Below are positions 1-13,010 of a stretch of DNA of 64,000 nucleotides, piece after piece. Source of the stretch: Parasitella parasitica NRRL 2501. Lineage: Eukaryota > Fungi > Mucoromycota. The position numbers were made by a program, and so were the translations under genes. Where the stretch lies: NCBI GenBank assembly GCA_025201805.1, contig MU619331.1, forward strand, positions 6,458-70,457, in the 5' to 3' direction. The notes under the pieces are model-generated. The model saw only the letters and a program-made list of their open reading frames with translations. It had not been told where the DNA came from and ran no database searches. How positions within the stretch are numbered: the stretch's first letter is position 1; each line of letters begins with the position of its first letter.

Positions 1-574
1 CGATTGGATTCTCTCTGACAAATTCGCTCAAGAAGAAGCAAGCGACTATCCTGAAAACTGCATTTCTGTATACTACACTGTGGATCTGGAACAAAAACAA
101 ATTACTGACAAGTACTTTGCCGCAAACTGGAATCCTAAATACAAAGAAACATTCAAGCAAGTCAGTGTTGCCTGGCTGGAAGAGTATTTTACAGTTGAGG
201 AAAACGATTTAAAGCAATTGGATAATCCAGAAGAAAACATCATTGCTCCAGGTGGAGAAATCTTTACCTTGCTAGACATTCAGGGTCAAGGTTTAGGTGT
301 CGTTGCTATGCTCCATCATGGGGATTTTGCTGAATTGGGTAAAATGGGTGTAAAGAAACAGTACAATGGCAAAGGGTTATCACATCCCTTGATGTACGAG
401 GCTATTTCGTGGGCTAAAAACCACGAAAGAAGTTATCCACAAGTGGATATCTACACGGCAGCCCATTTGGGTCCGGCTGTTGGTTTGTACAAAAAGTACG
501 GTTTTGAAGTTGTCCCTGTAGGTGGTTATAATAAATTTGCCAGAGTGGATTTGGCTATGAGATTGACATTTTAG
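1..574 (+). CDS. GNAT-family acetyltransferase, copy 1 (5'-truncated by window edge)
   Basis: Frame is open from base 2 (DWILSDKF...NCISVYYTVDLEQ). GNAT motifs ELGKMGV..YNGKGLSH and AVGLYKKYGF. Collinear with the next ORF. Confidence 0.85.
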   Translation, partial: DWILSDKFAQEEASDYPENCISVYYTVDLEQKQITDKYFAANWNPKYKETFKQVSVAWLEEYFTVEENDLKQLDNPEENIIAPGGEIFTLLDIQGQGLGVVAMLHHGDFAELGKMGVKKQYNGKGLSHPLMYEAISWAKNHERSYPQVDIYTAAHLGPAVGLYKKYGFEVVPVGGYNKFARVDLAMRLTF

Positions 575-808
575 ACTAAATCCGACGTTACGGATAAAAT
601 ACTCTATATAATAAAATATTTTCTGGAAGGATCCATTGCTTATTCATTTACTTTGACTATATGCAACTGCAAATCATTTAGAATAACAAAGGTTTAATTG
701 GCTACATTCATAATGACTAGGAGTGAGCAAACCCGTCAAGCCGGAGCCTCTTCTGGGACTGACCATTTTGAGTTGTATAAATAGGGTCTCCTGATTCACC
801 CGATTAGA

Positions 809-1483
809 ATGCTAAATTATTTTAAAACAATACAGAAAATGACAATGGGTACATCTTACAGAGAATATGCACTTGTGAAGGGGAAAGTCATAGATTGGGT
901 TGACTTCACCGAACAGAATACTTGGGCTACGAAAAGTGCGAGCAAGTCTAGTTCACTGCCTGTAGTTTCCAATTGCATATCTGTATACTACGTAGTTGAT
1001 TCAGACAAGAAGACCATTGTTGATAGACTGAGCATGGTAACGTGGGATCTCAAGTACAAGTCCGAGTTCAAAGAATTGAGTTTAGTTTGGGTTAAGCAAT
1101 ATTTCGAAGTCGAGGAATCAGACCTGAAGCAACTTGACACACCTGAAGAAGCCATAATTCAGCCTGGCGGAGAGATCTTCTTTTTACTTGAAGGCTCTGG
1201 TAGAGTAGCTGGTGTTGTGGCCACTGTAATACACCAAGGAGTGTGCGAATTAGCGAAAATGACAGTCAGGAAAGAATGCAATGGCAGAGGCTATGCTCAC
1301 ATTTTAATGCGGGAGTCTATCCACTGGGCGAAACAAAAAGATTATCCTTACATAGAACTACTGTCAAGCGTTGAACTGCAAAATGCTATCATTCTTTACA
1401 AGAAATACGGATTTGAAACTATTCATCTTGGCCCTCATCCTGATTATAAAAGATGCTCTATTATAATGCGTCTTACTTTTTAG
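809..1483 (+). CDS. GNAT-family acetyltransferase, copy 2 (intronless tandem paralog)
   Basis: ELAKMTVRKECNGRGYAH and NAIILYKKYGF motifs; both copies end MRLTF. The true start may be one of the downstream Mets near 839-845. Confidence 0.85.
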   Translation: MLNYFKTIQKMTMGTSYREYALVKGKVIDWVDFTEQNTWATKSASKSSSLPVVSNCISVYYVVDSDKKTIVDRLSMVTWDLKYKSEFKELSLVWVKQYFEVEESDLKQLDTPEEAIIQPGGEIFFLLEGSGRVAGVVATVIHQGVCELAKMTVRKECNGRGYAHILMRESIHWAKQKDYPYIELLSSVELQNAIILYKKYGFETIHLGPHPDYKRCSIIMRLTF

Positions 1484-2749
1484 TCATTACATTTGCATCA
1501 ACTATACGATTTACGCAATCACCTAATAAAACTTCATGTCATGTATTACAGTTATGCGTTCCATACAGGGCATTGTGACAGATGATACATACCATAAAAA
1601 CTGCCAATGGCCCAAACGTGCGTTATGAATGCTCTCTATAGAACAAGTTATAGTCGTATATATTGTTGAATTATTCGCTAGCAAACCCAACTCCTAGAGG
1701 ATTTTATATACATACAACATGTTTGATGAGGTTTTTGTCTTGACATTGCTGAAATAAGCACCCAACCTAGTGCTTCGCAAATCAAGCAAATGTTCATAGA
1801 TGTTTAAAAACAAATTTTTTTTTATTGATTGAAGAACAAATAAATGTGCTAGCTTTTTCAGTTCTCAACTTTGCTTTACAGGTTAGTTGATTAACAGGAT
1901 CCACCACGTGAAGGTAAAAGCTCATTACATCCCAAAAAAGTGGGCAAAAGAAAGTCAAACAAAGACAATCTTTACAACTGACAAATCTTAAATAATATTG
2001 CTAAAGAACCTTAAGAGAGGGAGGGTCAATCACGGATTGGCAAGTATTCCAACACGGCGAAAGTCTATGCATCTTACAAGCCAGTAACAACATTACCTCA
2101 GCACAACGACGAGCCTCAAATCAAGGGTCTCCGAAGAGGGAGATTCTATCGGGTTCGGTCAATACCAACACTAGCAATAGGCTATGCATCAGGCCAGCAC
2201 AACGACAAAGAAATTAAAAAAAAATAGTAGGCTAATGTCCACATCTAGAACAGTCTATACATCTGACGCTTCATAGCATTGTATTAAAAGGTCTCTGGAG
2301 AGGGAGTATTTGTCGGGGTCAACAAATATGCTAACGCTAGCAACATGCTATACATCCGGCCAACACAACAATACAAAACATAGAAACAACAGAGAGAGGG
2401 ATCTGGGGGATGTGGCATTCCACTAAGAAAAGAAAAGAAAAGTAAAAAAAAAAATTTTTAAAAGAAAAGATGAGAAAAGATGAAGAAAAAACGCGTTACC
2501 AAGTTTGTTGCAGTTTTTATTTTAGAGGAGAGGTGTGCCCGAAGAGGTACAGGCTCTCGAAGCCACGCTTTATTTTCAGTAATATACAGTACTATATACA
2601 GTAAGTTATGACTCAATCGAACAGCATCAGTTGGAATGGCAAAAAGGTACTTTATGACAATGAATAGTAAATAGTAGTGTTAGAGAACAAAAAAATACCT
2701 TATGAAGGGTAATTTTTATTGAATAGAAATATAGAAACGACAAAAGGCT

Positions 2750-2838
2750 AACTTCCGTGCGCTACCATTAAGTAGAATATCACGTTCGAAGGGTATAATC
2801 TCAGCAAGGATATTCAAAGGACCCAAGCACCCCTAGTT
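2750..2838 (-). ncRNA. TPP riboswitch aptamer in the THI4 3' UTR
   Basis: Minus strand reads AACUAGGGGUGCUUG..GCUGAGAUUAUACCCUUCGAACGUGAUAUUCUACUUAAUGGUAGCGCACGGAAGUU. P1 AACU/AGUU, P2 GGGUG/UACCC, J3/2 CUGAGA, P4 CGUG/CACG, P5 CUACU/GGUAG with UAAU loop and GCG. It lies about 105 nt after the stop of a thiamine biosynthesis gene. Confidence 0.93.
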
Positions 2839-2943
2839 TTTCGCCGATCATTATGAATCAGAAAAGAAGGATTAAATAACAACCAACATCAAACCTATAA
2901 AAAATTAATAACCCATGGAAATTGCCTTATCTGCTTGTCAGAT

Positions 2944-4031
<1,088 letters not shown>

Positions 4032-4670
4032 TCAAATTTCTTGAGCTCTATTTATAACAAAATTTTACTTTACTTGAAAAATCATATGCAAGTCGTACAA
4101 CGGATCTTATCCGCTCACAATGATTCACATCTTACGTTTACGTCTATAAAGTTTGTAGACTCAATGCTGCCAATATTTTTTGGGCTGATGCCGTATACTC
4201 TATCGTGCCGAACGAGAAAGAAAGATAACCAAAGTAATGATAGCTGTTATTTTCATCACGGCCAAGATTTTATCTGTGAAACTTTTGTCATAGCAGGTAA
4301 AGCTTGGAGATCTTAATACTCATGTGGCAAATATATCATTTCAGCATGATAATTTATTGCAAAACTGTTATAATGGTATATACTACAGCGATATAGCCAG
4401 CACCAATAGTCCCAATACAGCGCCCGTGATCTTAATGAGATGTTTCTTTTCATTGATACAAGTTGTCTTGTATTTCTATATTCGCTATTTTTTTCGGAAC
4501 GGAGTTCAGTGCGAGATCCGAGGAATCCATCTAATAAAATGACAAAATGTGGGAGCCGTGGCTGTGAGAAAAGTATAAATATATCCGACAATAATGCTAT
4601 TATATAAGATGCGTGTAACGTCGCCATTTTTAATCCTACTTCTTCTCCACATTTACACAAGAATAAACTG

Positions 4671-7121
4671 ATGTCTCAGCAAGCACGTATTGACGTTATA
4701 AGCGGTGTCTTTGGTAGACCTCCTCGTGATATTCAATTCCCCAGGAACAGCGCTGGCAAACAGATGGTTGTCTCGGAAATCTTTGGCACCAATGTCTTTG
4801 GCATCAAAGAAATGGGCGACAGACTTCCCAAGCCTGTATTCAAGACCTTCTGCAATCAGCTCAAAGGCGGCCAAACTCTAGACAAAGTCACTGCCGATGC
4901 TATTGCGCACGCTGCCAAAGTTTGGGCTCTTGATCACAATGCTACGCATTTTACTCATTGGTTCCAGCCTCTGAATGATACCACAGCCGAAAAGCATGAT
5001 TCATTCTTGTCATTAAAGACTTCTTCTGTTGGTGGCCTTCGCGAGGTTGATGCAATTGAAACATTCTCTGGATCAGAGTTGTTGCAATCCGAGCCTGACG
5101 CTTCGTCTTTCCCGTCTGGCGGAATGCGTACTACCTTTGAGGCCCGCGGTTACACTGTTTGGGATACCAAGAGGTAAGTTTAGAAAATCATGCAAAATAT
5201 GGATGTCGAGGTATTTATTGTGATACACACAAAGTCCTATGTTCCTTCAAGAAGGCCCTCATGGCACGATGATTCTGTACATCCCATCCGTCTTCATCTC
5301 TTATAACGGCGAAGCTCTCGATGAAAAGTCTGTTCTTTTGAGATCTTCTTCTGTCATCTCCAAGGCCGCATTGGATATCCTTCATCTGATCGAGCCTGCT
5401 GATGGAAGTAAGTTGTTTTGATTCGCCAACTAATCGCGTTGTATAGCTGAAAAGCATATTGCGAGATTATTCTGGGTTTAGTGCAAAGAGCCATGGGTTG
5501 ACCTTTATGTTTGTCTAATTTAGATTCCCCTCGCACAAAAGAGATCTTTACTACACTTGGAACCGAACAAGAGTACTTTTTGATCGACAGAGGTTTATAT
5601 GCCCTTCGCCCTGATCTCAAGACTTGTGGCCGTACTCTTATTGGCGGTCTCCCTGCTCGCCATCAACAACTTGAAGACCATTACTTTGGCAAAATTCCTA
5701 CCCGTGTTTTGGCTGCCATGAGTGAGGTTGAACTGGAATTAGCTAAACTAGGTGTCCCCATCAAGACTCGCCATAACGAAGTTGCACCGTGCCAATTTGA
5801 AGCCGCTCCCATCTTTGAGGAGGCTATGCTTGCTGTTGACCACAATTTGTTAACAATGGATATCATGCATCGTGTTGCACACAAGTACAAGCTCAAATGT
5901 CTGTTTCATGAAAAGCCATTCAAAGGAGTAAATGGATCCGGCAAGCATTGTAATTGGAGTATCTCTACTGATCGTGGTGACAATCTCTTGAGTCCTAGTA
6001 CTTCCCCAGAAACAAATTACCGTTTCTTGATCTTTTTGACCGCTGTTCTTAAGGGTGTCCTTGATCATGGCGATCTTTTGCGCGCTGGCGTTGCATCTGC
6101 TTCCAATGATCACCGTCTTGGCGCTCAAGAGGCTCCTCCTGGTATTATCTCTGTCTTTTTGGGCTCTGAACTCAATGAAGTATTGAATGCTATTGAAGAA
6201 GGTCGCCCTGTCAACAAGACGCTAGCTGGTACCGAAACTACTCACATGCACATTGAGGGTACTACTCTTGACCTTAAGGTTGCTACGTTGCCCAAATTAA
6301 ATCGTGATATGACTGACCGTAATCGTACCTCACCCTTTGCTTTCACTGGCAACAAGTTTGAATTCCGTGCTGTTGGGTCAAAGCAATCTCCCTCGTTCCC
6401 TGTCACTATCCTCAACTCTGCTGTCGCCTCAGCCCTTTTGGAAATCAAGAATGACCTCCACAAGCAAATGGGCTGTAAGGCTGTTGCATCTGAGGAAGAT
6501 ATGTTGGTTGTCATTCGCAAATATATTTCCTTAACAAAGAAAATTCGTTTTGAAGGTGATAATTACTCGGAAGAGTGGGTCCAAGAAGCTGCTCAGCGTG
6601 GTCTTCCTAATATTGTCAAAAGCCCGGAAGCTTTCAAGCGTATCTTGAGCCCCCATAACACTGAAATGCTTACTCGTCTTGGTGTTTTTACTGCGGCTGA
6701 ATTGGAATCTCGTTATCATATTCTTGCTGAAAAGTACACCAAGGAAATTATTATTGAAGCACAAACTCTGTGGGGTCTCTTGATCCAACATGTCCTTCCT
6801 GCTGCCTTTAGTTATCGCCGCGAACTCTCAGAATCTGCTACCTACTTGATGCAGCTTGGTTCGGATGCTGCTCCTGAATTAAAATGGCTGGGAGAATTAG
6901 CTCCCATTGCTACTGCTCTTCAAGAATCTGCTGAGAAACTGGATGCTTTATTGGCCGAACAGCAGCCCATTCAAGAATCTGAGCATGCTGCTGAGCATGC
7001 TTGCACCAAAATTGCACCTGCTATTGAAGAAATTCGCAATTTTACCGATCAGTTGGAAAGACTTGTTGCCGACAAGCATTGGCCACTACCCAAGTATCAT
7101 GAAATGTTTTCCACTCTTTAA
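4671..7121 (+). CDS. Glutamine synthetase type III; exons 4671-5173, 5235-5407, 5524-7121
   Basis: GSIII motifs [91 protein letters not shown] and WPLPKY. Confidence 0.95.
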
Positions 7122-7813
7122 TTACTGATTTACTTGAAATCATTCCTCGTCATTTTCCATTCTATTTTCAAATTAAACAAGTTATTATATGAAAAATAAA
7201 ATCCGAAAAAAGTAACGATAAATACCCTTGATGTAACATGTTTTCAACTGAATCACAAATCATTCATCATCTGTGGCACTGTGAACTTTTTTCTATTAAT
7301 AGCAGAAAGTATGTCGCAATGGTTTCCACGTATTTTCAAGAGAAAGACCTGAACTAAGTACGACAAGGATACTGAACATATTTAAACAATTGTCAATTCG
7401 ATGCGTTTATGCGCAAAGTCTTTTTAATCTGTATGGTTTTACGCATCCATTGAAAAAGGTAGAAAAAAGCCATTGAAGCGATGCAAATGTCAACTTTTCT
7501 TCACTATAGTGTGTGGAGGGGGTGGAATAGCTCGTAATTTTGGTCTTCATAAAATTTTTCATAGTTGCTGGGATGCACCGGATGTATAAAAGGCTTTATG
7601 AACGCAAAACCGAGCTTATAGTTCTTTTATTTACTTCTAAAAGAAACAATACTGTAATTACACACTGCTGAGAGTCCTTGAAAACTAACTAATTGCATAA
7701 ACATCCATCATATAAATGCCGCCGTTGGTGTATAACAAAGTAAGCTTTATTAAAACTTTGCATTTGAAACTGTTTTATAATGCGAATCAAATGTACTTAT
7801 CCAGTATGAGAGT

Positions 7814-9575
7814 CTAAACAACGGATGATGCTCGTTCAAGGACATCTAAAACCTTCTGGCGGATACCAAACTTGCCATTTCTATCGTTGCTAAACCATTT
7901 CACTGTCTCCTCACCAGTTTGCAGATTATGCAGTAGTTTGGCATCTAAAATTTCCTTCTCTGAAGGTAGAGCATATCTGCGGTAAGGGTGCAAATGATAG
8001 TCTTCATCGTTACGGAAGCTGAGACGTCTTTTGACGTTGGCGTGGAAAAGCTTGGTTCGAATGTCATTGTGCAAATCCAGGTCTTCAAGTCTTTTAGGGT
8101 TCCATCGGGGAGGTTTCTTGTGAATAACATGAGAAGTGACACCCTCAACTAAGTCATCTAAGAACTACATGTTTAAATTGTCGAATTAATAACAGTTCAG
8201 GTGATAATGTATATGAATAGTATGCATCAATTTTAAATGAAACGACTACTTACAGGGACAGTTTGCCATAAGACATGTTCCATCCTCAAGCAATCCTTGA
8301 TAGATAATTTAGATCCTTTTCGAAGATGCTCTAATGTCACTTTTAGGCTAGTTGGAGAACGTTTCATTAATGTATCTAATGTATCTAATGCGAATTTGGA
8401 GCCATCTTCCTTCAAAGCGTCGACAATTCTTTCTACAGTGTTATATTGAAAACATTTGTCTATAATAAGTCTATGTTCACCGTGCAATGTATAAGTTTGA
8501 GGTGCGTGGTCTTTTTCGACAGCAAACTCTTCGATTGTAGTGTGAACTAGGTCATGATTGGGCTCATTTATTTCTGCTAAACGAGACCCCAACTCTTTTA
8601 AGCGTGAGGAAGGAACAAAATGTGTGGCGATACCAGAAAATCTAATGTTTTATATGCTGTGTTAATAATGAGGATCAAACTGCTTACGGTATACACTTAC
8701 AAGGCATCTTCTGCTTTTACAATGCGACTTGTCAGACCCATATATCGACCTAATTGACCATCTAATCGAGAATAAAAAAAGCTTGCCCCCACATCGCAAA
8801 ACAATCCAATGGCGGTTTCAGGCATTGCGAACTGGGTGTTTTCAGTTGCGATCCTGAACGGGCCCAAACAGGATATGCCGCCACCAGCGCCCACTATTTC
8901 CAATTAATTAGCATAAAGTAGGCGGCAGAAGTATAAAAGCACTCACTTGTAATTCCATCCATCACGGCAACGTAGGGTGTTTTCATAGTACCAAGGAAAT
9001 GGATCATCTCGTACTCTGTGTCAATTTGATGTTCTAAATTAGAGATTCTCTGAGGATCCTTTAGCTGATTGATGACATCTAGAATATTTTTTAGCTTCAA
9101 AGACTCCGTGGAGAAGAACAAAACGCATACCTTTCACATCTCCACCAGCACATAATGCTCTGCCAACACCTTCCATGAATACAACGTGAACCTTATCTGA
9201 TTCCTCCCACGCCTACAGGGTAAATGTTTAATATCTTGCGTGTCAATAACGAAACAAGGAAATGCAAATACCTTCAAGTTTGGATATATAATGTCCACCA
9301 TCTCCATATCCAAGGCATTCAATCTCTTTGGCCTGTTCAGAATTAAATGGCGAGCTCCCAAATTCTTTTTGACCAGAACAGGAGACTATAAAACATATAA
9401 TCAATATCTGTCAGCAAAATACACAAGATGGGAATCTACCTCAAGGGAAAGCTGTTGCTGTTGTGATGCAAACTGTAAATAGTAACAATTCCTCGTTAGC
9501 AGAGTTCTTGTTATAATATATACACGTAGTAATTACACTTCTGCTGAGAATCCTAGTTATGGATCTTGAAGTCAT
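7814..9575 (-). CDS. EHD3: 3-hydroxyisobutyryl-CoA hydrolase (crotonase family, mitochondrial), multi-exon
   Basis: LILNRPKRLNALD, KTPYVAVMDGIT, RIATENTQFAMPETAIGLFCDVGASFF and RSPTSLKVTL across minus-strand exons. Confidence 0.88.
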
Positions 9576-9887
9576 TTCGAAAGAAGTAACAGAAGAAGAG
9601 CTCTTTCGCACACTGTGCTTTATACATTTGCCGGAGAAGCTACAGTAATGTTACACTCAAATTGCGGTTGATCATCTTTCTACCGTAGTTAAACTCGAAC
9701 GGCAGTTGATGTTATTTCTTTTTTTCAAACAACAGATTTATTTGATACTACTATAGAAGATATATTTATAATTTTGAGCGCTGAAATTTACAATGAGATG
9801 AGGTTATTTGATATAATGATGAAAAAATGGGGTAGAGAGTTATGATTTTTTTTTCCCCTGGATGTTTAATGAAACATTTCAACTGGT

Positions 9888-10646
9888 TTAGTTGGCAGCT
9901 TGTATGGAAAAATCGCTTGCAACAAATCCCCAGCCATCAATGTCCTCGTGTTCTTGATTGTAGCGTGTGTAAGATTCTCTGCGACGAACAACCTCATTTC
10001 CAGCCAGTAATTTCCAACGAGGATAAACAGAAACAACTGTAGCGCAACTAGCTAAATCAGTATCAGGCACAATTGCGAAATTTACAGATTTGAAGCCGGG
10101 TACTCCAAAGTCAACTCCAAAGCCTCTCATTTTAGGTTGCAAAGAAGCAGACGTAGTACAACGAGCATTCTTAAGTTCCTTTGACTTTACATGCACAAAG
10201 TCTTGAATAGATCTTTTCTCGGTCAAGACGAAATCACATGACAGGATGGCACCAAAGATAAAAGAGCAAGTGATATTTTCCATTACATTTGCGACAAATA
10301 TACGGAGACATCCAGGTACTTGTGCAGGAGCGGACGGGTCAGCATCCGCATCCGCATCAGCAATAGCAGCGGTTTCGACAAGGTGAGCTAAACAGTATTC
10401 ATCATCAACATCTTCCATCAGCTTGTTTACAGTCATAAAGTTTTCTTCAATGTCATTCATGATGAAATCCGCATCATTGCTCTCAGCAAAAGGATTGTAG
10501 TCGTAGATGGCGACAACTTGATCAGTCTGAATGGGGTCGTAACAATGCTGCTTGACCTCAAAGTGCTGAAAGGAGCAATGGATTACAACCAGACTATTAT
10601 AGATGGTTGTAAAGGGCGAAAAGGTCTTTAGTAAAATATCCAACAT
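9888..10646 (-). CDS. Hypothetical protein (intronless, about 250 aa)
   Basis: Long ORF with coding-like composition. Likely ATG at 10646 (MLDILLK), with a TATA-like element upstream. No family recognised. Confidence 0.55.
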   Translation of the reverse strand: MLDILLKTFSPFTTIYNSLVVIHCSFQHFEVKQHCYDPIQTDQVVAIYDYNPFAESNDADFIMNDIEENFMTVNKLMEDVDDEYCLAHLVETAAIADADADADPSAPAQVPGCLRIFVANVMENITCSFIFGAILSCDFVLTEKRSIQDFVHVKSKELKNARCTTSASLQPKMRGFGVDFGVPGFKSVNFAIVPDTDLASCATVVSVYPRWKLLAGNEVVRRRESYTRYNQEHEDIDGWGFVASDFSIQAAN

Positions 10647-10825
10647 CTTTGCTAAAGACGGACTCGATGAGACAAAGAAGCCTTTTCTTGCTTTACAGGC
10701 TTTGTTGTTGTGTGTAGATTTCAAGAAAGGGAAGAAAGAGAAAAAAAATTCTTTATATATAATGCAAAAAAGAAATTATTTTTAAGGAGTGCGAGACCAC
10801 CAAGTTGTCTTTCGCACTCGCTGTG

Positions 10826-12696
10826 ATGATGCTGCATTGGTATAGCATGAAGGTTACATTAAAATCACTTGACTGGAGACTGGAGGAGCCATTGCATCCG
10901 AGAGAGAGAAGTCGCTGGTCTTGAATACAATAATGTGGTCAGTTAGCGCCCAAACACGTAATTTGTTTATCACTTTACATCTCTTTTGTGCTTTTCCCAC
11001 TACACATGCCAAATCACAAAGGGCCACCTGTTGCGTCGATTTCATTAACCGTACAAAAGGGAGAGCATCAGTATGCAATTCTAAAGATACTAAGCGATGC
11101 CAATGCTAGCACAGAAACGAAAGCGACGCAGGATGTGATATTATGCACATACTCAATACCGTCTCATATTTCGATACCAGAATTTCTAGAGTTTGTAGCT
11201 CCCATAGACTTGTTTGTAGCTCATTACAGAGTATTTAGGTAAGTCGCCATTGCTGTGCATACCATCCTCCTCCTTGTCTAATGCCAACGCAGCAACGCAT
11301 CTCTGGATACTTACATGGTCTTGCTGAAATTCCGGGATCCCTATTCTGCCAACAACTATTACCAGCAATACAACAATCGTCTGTTCAGTTCCATGGAGGT
11401 ATGTATCATTACTGGAGATCCAATGTATCGCAAATTCTAAAAATGGACAGCCCGAGACATGTCAAGTGGTTTACGTCGAATCAGTCGAGTTCAGCCCTGT
11501 CACCACATCACCTTACACATTTCCTTTTACGCAACAAACAGGGCTCCAGCAAGACGACCTATTGCCAACATGCCCTGTCTGCTTGGAGCCTATGGATGAG
11601 AGTTCTACAGGCTTATTGACCATTTTGTGCCAGCACACCTTCCATTGCCATTGTTTATCCAAATGGGGAGACGGCAGCTGTCCGGTTTGTCGCTACTCCC
11701 AAAAACCACGTCGTCGATCTATAGAAAACGACACTGCTCGAAATACCCCAACCACGACGTTAACAAGGCATTCTAGCGATGAAAACGAATGTGCGACATG
11801 CCATTCGAGAGACAATCTGTGGGTTTGTATGACCTGTGGGAATGTGGGCTGTGGACGATATGACAATGCGCACGCCTATGAACATTATCGCCAAACAGAC
11901 CACCTTTATTCACTGGAAATTGAAACGCAACGAGTATGGGATTATGCGGGCGATGGATACGTACATCGATTGATACAGAATGCTGTAGATGGAAAACTAG
12001 TAGAGTTGCCGAGCACAACCGAGGATTCGAGCATCAATGCATCACAGGTAAAATGGGGCGAACGTCAGGGTCCTGCTCTCGGAATGCATTCTCTGACACG
12101 GTACTCACACTAGGAAAAAATGGAGGCCATTTCACTTGAATACAATTATTTGCTCAACACACAGCTGGACTCACAGCGAATATATTACGAGCGACAAATG
12201 GATCAAGTCGCAGCACAGCTTTCGGAGATGAGGTCCAAGACGAGATCACTGCTCGCAGAATCAGATCAATCACAGACCGAAAATAAACGATTAGAGGCAG
12301 AAAATAGGGAAACGGAAAAGCAGATTGTGGAAATAACCAACGGGAAAGAAAAGGCAAGTAAAAAACTGGAATCTTGGAAGGAGAAATGCGAATCGACCAA
12401 ACTTGTTTGGCTGGAAGAGAAGGAGGTAAGCCAGATTCACGGATGGCTGCAAATCGTTCAAACAACAGACTCTTCTCTAGATGACAAATTCATTACTCGA
12501 GAACAACAATTTATTGCTCAAATGCGCAGAGGATAGGGAAAAGGCGATCAAAGAGCTCAGTGATCAGGTTCAAGATTTAAAGTTTTTTCTTGAAGCCAGA
12601 GAAAAGGTTCAGGGACGTCCAGAATTGCAGGGTGGGAGTATGGAGACTCGCACTCCACAACGTCGGTCAAAGAAAGGGAAAGGCAAAAGGCCTTGA
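10826..12696 (+). CDS. ETP1: BRAP2/ETP1-like E3 ligase (BRAP2 domain, RING-H2, ZnF-UBP, coiled coil); 5' end uncertain
   Basis: LPTCPVCLEPMDESSTGLLTILCQHTFHCHCLSKW and LWVCMTCGNVGCGRY...TQRVWDYAGDGYVHRLIQN. Confidence 0.9.
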
Positions 12697-13010
12697 ACAT
12701 GCATACGCATTACTCAGGGCTGCAACATATGTACATAGCTATATACACCATTCTATCTTGTATAAAAAACGAATGCTTCATTGCAAACTATGGTAAACAC
12801 ATCTTTCAATCATGACGCCATTGTCTATTGCCATACCGATCCCTCTACTTGAAGCGAGTACTTGATCTTCCACGGTAAACACTATTGTCATTGCTGAGAT
12901 TGATAATTCAAATACACATATACTCCTTTATTCATTGTATAATTTTAATGTATATCCGGCCTGACTAATAAATAGACAAACGGTATGCTTAGTTACATTC
13001 CCTCTTCGTT

